Assembly (NCBI GenBank): GCA_045105515.1
Contig: JBGCDR010000279.1
Coordinates: 1 to 12,306, forward strand
From: Oligoflexales bacterium
GTDB lineage: Bacteria > Bdellovibrionota_B > Oligoflexia > Oligoflexales > Bog-1112
DNA: 12,306 nucleotides
Reading direction: 5' to 3'
The position numbers were made by a program, and so were the translations under genes. Within the stretch, counting starts at the first letter, position 1, and every line of letters starts with the position of its first letter. This document shows positions 7,492 to 12,306 of the stretch, one piece after another. The notes below the pieces were generated by a model, which was not told where the DNA came from, searched no databases, and saw nothing but the letters and a program-made list of their open reading frames with translations.

Positions 7492-7518
7492 TTATCGGTG
7501 TTTATTGAAATTCCTTTA
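7492..7518 (-). promoter_or_regulatory. Sigma-28 (FliA)-type promoter
   Basis: The minus strand reads TAAA-ggaatttcaataaac(15)-ACCGATAA, an 11/12 match to TAAA-N15-GCCGATAA with canonical spacing, 61 nt upstream of the lipoprotein ATG. Confidence 0.7.
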
Positions 7519-7534
7519 GGATTTATGCCTATAA

Positions 7535-7626
7535 ATTTGCATCTTTTAAATAAAACTTAATATACTATATTTATATATAATATTAATTTTTTAACTAAAT
7601 TAATTAAACTATATTTGCATCTTTTA
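7535..7626. repeat. Perfect 14-bp direct repeat flanking a 64-bp nearly pure A/T spacer
   Basis: ATTTGCATCTTTTA occurs at 7535-7548 and 7613-7626. The spacer contains no G and only four C. Confidence 0.85.
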
Positions 7627-7802
7627 GGCTTCAGTTCACAAAAAATTTATTACTAAGGGATTTTGCTTTTTTTTAAAAAAGATTTAAGGTTACATGCTCA
7701 TACAAGCTGGCTACTTGTCAAAAAATCAATGAAACAACTGTTGAGTATGCCGATAGAATATCGCCAGATTTTTCATCTGGATATTAAGAAAGGAACCAAA
7801 GT

Positions 7803-8414
7803 TTGGATCAACTTATTGATATAATACAGAATAATGTAGTATATGCTCCTTATATTATATTTTTTGCACTCCTGCTTGCAGGCTTCAACCTCCCTATATC
7901 CGAAGATATCATGCTTTTTATTTCTGCCCTTCTTGCCGCAGACTCTCCAGATATGCTTGTGCCTTTATTTTGCTCAGTTTTTTTTGGAGCTTACTTCAGT
8001 GACTTAATTTGCTACAGCCTAGGTAGAATACTTGGACCAAGGATATGGAAGATCAGGTTTTTCGCATCAATTGCAGCTGGAGGCAAAATAGATAAATTAA
8101 GCCTATATCTAAAAAAATATGGCTCTATCACTCTATTTTTAGGCAGATTTATCCCTTTTGGGGTACGCAACGCTTTATTTCTCACGGCAGGTCTCGGAAA
8201 GATGGATGCACGCAAGTTTGCTTTTTTTGACTTTTTAGCTTGCTCTATATCTTCGGTCAGTTTTTTCAGCTTATATTTCCATTTTGGCCAAGATGTCGTC
8301 GAATACGTAAAAAAAGGAAATATCATCTTCTTTTCCATAGCCTGCGTTATAGTAATCGCTATCTTAGTCCGGATGAAAATGAAAAAGAGCAACGCAGCTG
8401 TTGATAAAGCCTAA
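7803..8414 (+). CDS. dedA: DedA-family membrane protein
   Basis: TTG start after an AAGGA RBS; motifs GFNLPISED, SDLICYSLGR and FLGRFIPFGVRN, plus several hydrophobic helices; 203 aa. Confidence 0.88.
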   Translation: MDQLIDIIQNNVVYAPYIIFFALLLAGFNLPISEDIMLFISALLAADSPDMLVPLFCSVFFGAYFSDLICYSLGRILGPRIWKIRFFASIAAGGKIDKLSLYLKKYGSITLFLGRFIPFGVRNALFLTAGLGKMDARKFAFFDFLACSISSVSFFSLYFHFGQDVVEYVKKGNIIFFSIACVIVIAILVRMKMKKSNAAVDKA

Positions 8415-8687
8415 TTTTCGACATTCATTCCTTATAAACTTAGAAGCATCCATTATTCCAACTATTAGATTTAAGATATGCCTATATTTGCTTAAACATA
8501 ATATTGAACTTTCAAACAATTGATCAATTGAAATTAACCCGAATTTATAGACAGTTGTATCTTTGGGTACATTAAAAAATTCAATATGGTCTATAAACGT
8601 GATATCGTCGCTCGAACCTAGAAAGCTGGAAGTAGGAAATATTAAATTCGAATTATTTTTAGCTTAATACCACAGGAAATTTGAACT

Positions 8688-11486
8688 ATGCGTAAAATTC
8701 TAAGCAACTTGATATTATTTACAATTTTTTTGGGATCTGTTTCATTTGGGCAGTCTCAAAAGTGGGCAAACGAACAAAGTGACCTTCCAAAGGACTCAGA
8801 AGTCAATTACGGGCAACTTAACAATGGCTTTAAGTATGCTTGGAGTCAAAAACCTGAGAAGAAAGATCACTGTTTTTTGCGATTAATGGTTCACGTGGGA
8901 TCTCTCCATGAAAGAGAGGATGAGCGAGGAATTGCGCATTTTTTAGAGCATCTTGCTTTTGACGGTTGTAAAAACTTTCCTAAAGGATCTCTCATCAATT
9001 GGTTTCAAGAAATGGGTATGAAATTTGGCCCCCATTTGAATGCCCATACAGGCTTTGATGAAACTGTTTATAAAATTGATATGCCTCGTTGTAACCCAGA
9101 GCGTGTTAGAAATGCTCTAACTGTTTTTAGAGATTTTGCGGATGGCCTACTGCTAGAAGAAAGTGAAATTAAGAAAGAGCAAGGTATTATTGATATGGAG
9201 GAACAGGATAGGGATTCAAAAAATCTCCGCATCAGTAGGAAAATGATGGAGGACTTCTATCAAGGAACAAACTATGCCGAACGGCTACCCATTGGTGAGA
9301 AAGATATCCGCAAAAATTTTAATCGTAAAAAAATAGAAGCTTTTTATAAAAAGTGGTACCGACCAGATAATATGACTTTGGTACTTGTTGGTGATTTTGA
9401 TCGCAAAGGACCTGAGAATAATATTAGAGATGTTTTTGCATCCATGAAGAAAGGTGCCGAAGAATTTTCATCCAAACCAGATCTTGGTACCTTAAATGAT
9501 GACCATAAAGAAGTAGTAATATCAGAAAAAGATTACCCATCTGTTGAGATCAGTTTTCTTTCAACCCAGCAGCAGGAAAAACCCCTATTCACTAAAGAGG
9601 ATTTCCTCAAAATAAAAAAAACTCAATTGCTAAGTAGAATATATAATTACAAAGTTTCACAATATCTTTTAGAACATAAAAGAGACTTTTATGCTGTCAG
9701 TCTGGTCGATGGATTTGACCTCGATATAATGAGATTAGGCATATGTTTTGAGCTTCATAAAGATGAATGGAAGTCGGGTCTTACCCAAGCAACCATACTT
9801 CACAATGAGATTATTTCATGCGGATTTAGCGAAGATGACCTTAATATAGTCCTAAGTACAATAAAGAAGGATCTCGAGGATATACTTGAAAAAGAGCAAC
9901 CTGAGAATGTTTTAAGTGAGAAAGGAATATCCACGCTTAGATGCAAAAAGCTATGTTTCGCTGTACAAAGAATTCCTAACGACAGTAACACTCGAAGACT
10001 TAAACAACTTACTCAATGACCGATTTATCCATGAAAAAATATTTTCTTCAAACATTCTAATGATTGGTGATTTTTCTGATAAAGAAGATCCATCATTCGT
10101 AAGGCAAGCTAAAGAAATAATTGCCAATGGATTAAAGACTGATGTTATATGCAAAAAAGCAGAGGCTCTGAAATTTGCTTACAAGTCTTCTAGCCCCAAA
10201 ACTCCAGCGGAGTTTAACTTGGTTGAAAATGAGGGTTTTAATTATCATACCGTTGAGTTTAAAAATGGGGTCAAAGCTCATCTAAAGAAAAATATTGACC
10301 CAAGAATGCCTAAAAAAATAATGATCAAAACAAAAATGAGTCATGGTAAATGGGAGTATGATAGCAAAGACAATGCAATAATAGCTCTTGGAAGCTCTAG
10401 CTTAATTTTAGGTGGGACAGGAAAGCACCCACTAAATCAAGTTCAATCTCTGTTAGCAGGAAAAGATGTTTCTTTCAGTTTCACGATGAACAATGATGAA
10501 AGCTATTTTGCAGGTCAAAGCTCTCCAGAAGATTTTCTTCATTATTTAGAGTGGAATAGAGCCTACATAGATGACCCCGCTTTTGGCAACCAATCTATTG
10601 ATAGACAAAAGTATAATTATATACAAAAACTGGAAAGTAGAAAAAACACTTATTTAGAACCATTACTGAACGATTATTTCAAAGCTCTTTACGATGATGA
10701 TCAGAGATTTGCTTCATTAACAGAAAATCAGATCAACAGTGCTGAAGAAAAAGATATCAAGGCATGGATGAAAGAAAAATTATTAAATCGGTGTCCAGAA
10801 TTCACTATTGTGGGAGAGATAGAAACCGAGCAAGCTGTCCAGCAACTTTATCAAGCCTTTGGCGACTTGAAATGCAAAACAATTCCAGCTAAAGAAAAGA
10901 TTGAATCTCAAAAGTTGAGTCTGAAGCCCGGGGTACATAAAAAATATAAGATCGATTCAAAAGACCCCCAAGCATTGGTAGCATTTTATTGGCCAACATA
11001 TGGAGAATTAAAGAAAAATTCAATTTTGGTCTCAACATTACAAAATATTATCGAGGATCGTGCCAGAAACCTGCTCCGGGAAGAATTAAGTTTAGCTTAC
11101 ACTCCTCAAGTGGAGATTTTTGAAGCGGAGTACCCATGGAAAAATGATTATCTTTACGTAGGAATTACCACAGACCCCTCACAAATTGAAACAGTTCTAA
11201 AACTAACACCCAACATAGTAAAAAGCTTTGAGGTTAAACCCATATCGGAAGTTGAGTTAGATCGAGCTAGAGCCCCGGTTATTGAAGGATTAAATTTATT
11301 GAAAACCTCTACAATGTTCTGGTTCAATGTCATTCCTGTGAAGGAGTCAGGATTTGATTCAGTTGAAGATGCTATCCAGTATTTACATTCACAATCCCAC
11401 AAAAAAGCTAATTCGATAATAAAAGAAATGTTTAAACCTGAATGTTCTCTTCGGTCGTAATTGTCCCTGAAGTTAAGCATCAATGA
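8688..11486 (+). pseudogene. pqqL: PqqL-like M16 zinc protease, frameshifted twice (pseudogene or sequencing/assembly error)
   Basis: Signal peptide, GQLNNGFKY, VGSLHE, HFLEH (HxxEH), NAHTGFDETVY, RLPIG and FYKKWYRPDNMTLVLVGD lie in ORF 8688..10019. The second half (FKNGVKAHL, LREELSLAY, ELDRAR) lies in ORF 9916..11460. A typical C-terminal strand SSVVIVP lies back in the first frame and ends at TGA 11484-11486. Confidence 0.85.
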
Positions 11487-11600
11487 ACAATTTTAGCACG
11501 TACTTATAAAAATAGTATTTGAGATCGAAGAGGGAGCAAAATTTTAGCTTGCCTTAAATCTAGCTATAGCTATTCGGACAAAATCTTATATTTGTAAAGA

Positions 11601-11936
11601 TTAATTATCATCATCTTCAAATTGATATTTTTTATAATAAATAAATTCTTCATATTTGAATGTATTTAAAATCTTATGAAAAATGTCGCTTATATTCTCA
11701 CCTGAAGAACTTGCCCAAGGTATTTGAGCAGCTTTCAACTCTACTGCGATAATCTCTATAAAAAATTCTTTAAAATCTAATTGCGAAAGTCGTGTTTTTT
11801 CTTCTGTTTCCATCTCATCTTCTGAGCTATCAAAAAACAGAACATCACTATTTATAAGTTGTAATTCGATCGTCTTAGAAAAACATGGACAATGAAATAC
11901 CGCTATTATGAACAATAATGAGATCAACTTATACAT
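11601..11936 (-). CDS. Hypothetical protein with a predicted signal peptide
   Basis: 111-aa ORF with a hydrophobic N-terminus (MYKLISLLFIIAVF...) and an acidic mature part, convergent with pqqL. No family recognised. Confidence 0.5.
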   Translation of the reverse strand: MYKLISLLFIIAVFHCPCFSKTIELQLINSDVLFFDSSEDEMETEEKTRLSQLDFKEFFIEIIAVELKAAQIPWASSSGENISDIFHKILNTFKYEEFIYYKKYQFEDDDN

Positions 11937-12184
11937 AGAAACCTAGGAAGTTATTATAAGTATCAGTGATATACACAATCAGATAAATTAAAGCAAGCTT
12001 GAAAGAGAATTCAAAAATTTACATCGCAAGAGTAATTTTCTAGAAATAATGCCTGGAATCTCGCTACTCATAATTTCGAAAGGTAAAAGCCTGTGAAGCT
12101 TATCTACGTCTTATTATTCTTTGTAATTTCCTGTAGTAAAATAGAAAATGGAAAACATGACTAATCTGAGCACTGACTGAACTC

Positions 12185-12210
12185 TAAAAACTCGTCATAC
12201 AAGCCGAAGA
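12185..12210 (+). promoter_or_regulatory. Possible sigma-28-like promoter for a gene at or beyond the right edge
   Basis: TAAA-N14-GCCGAAGA; the spacer is one base shorter than canonical. Confidence 0.35.
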
Positions 12211-12231
12211 CATATTAAAAATCAATTTTCG

Positions 12232-12281
12232 CACAGATTAGGTATTATGCTGAATTTACATATGAATTCAGGAAATCTGTG
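12232..12281 (+). other. Nested inverted repeats (potential RNA hairpin) just before a candidate ATG at 12285
   Basis: Outer pair CACAGATT (12232-12239)/AATCTGTG (12274-12281); inner pair CTGAATT (12250-12256)/AATTCAG (12265-12271). Confidence 0.55.
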
Positions 12282-12306
12282 GGCATGAAACTAAAAAATA
12301 TCAACA

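Noticed and set aside
7535..7626. Sigma-54 promoters at the TTGCA motifs
   Set aside because: The required GG at -24 is absent for both copies.
8517..8568. 14-bp palindrome CAATTGATCAATTG and an ACCCGAATT stretch resembling an IS982-type end
   Set aside because: About one such AT-rich palindrome is expected by chance in 12 kb, and no transposase or partner end supports an IS.
1542..11483. Short alternative ORFs overlapping asnB, moeB, the 6201..7430 lipoprotein, dedA and pqqL (1542-1730, 2845-3099, 4251-4445, 6585-6776, 6718-6921, 6979-7209, 8012-8392, 9800-9991, 9951-10154, 11154-11483)
   Set aside because: All are antisense shadows of well-supported genes, with no recognisable motifs.
11561..11572. 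Palindrome TAGCTATAGCTA between pqqL and the convergent gene
   Set aside because: It is short and low-complexity, and it lacks terminator geometry.
12285..12306. Gene start MKLKNIN... at the right edge
   Set aside because: Only seven codons are visible and the RBS is ambiguous, so it cannot be called as a CDS from this window.

Overview
This is an AT-rich bacterial chromosomal window, tentatively Bdellovibrionota/Oligoflexia-like. That assignment is inferred only from the style of the orphan lipoproteins, an N-terminal-rhodanese MoeB and sigma-28-like promoters before non-flagellar genes. From left to right it contains: the 3' end and right terminus of a probable IS5-family (ISL2/IS702-like) element inserted into a lipoprotein gene at the start of its probable FGE-sulfatase/CLec-like C-terminal domain; asnB; a rhodanese-MoeB fusion; three minus-strand exported-protein genes (two lipoproteins and a small Cys-patterned protein); a DedA-family gene; a PqqL-like M16 zinc protease split by two opposite frameshifts; a small secreted hypothetical; and a structured intergenic end. 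I found no CRISPR array, rRNA, tRNA or clearly new multi-gene system. The best leads are the IS-disrupted lipoprotein, the doubly frameshifted pqqL, recurring sigma-28-like promoters before exported proteins, the asnB + rhodanese-MoeB pair with a tandem palindromic element, and several unexplained intergenic repeats.
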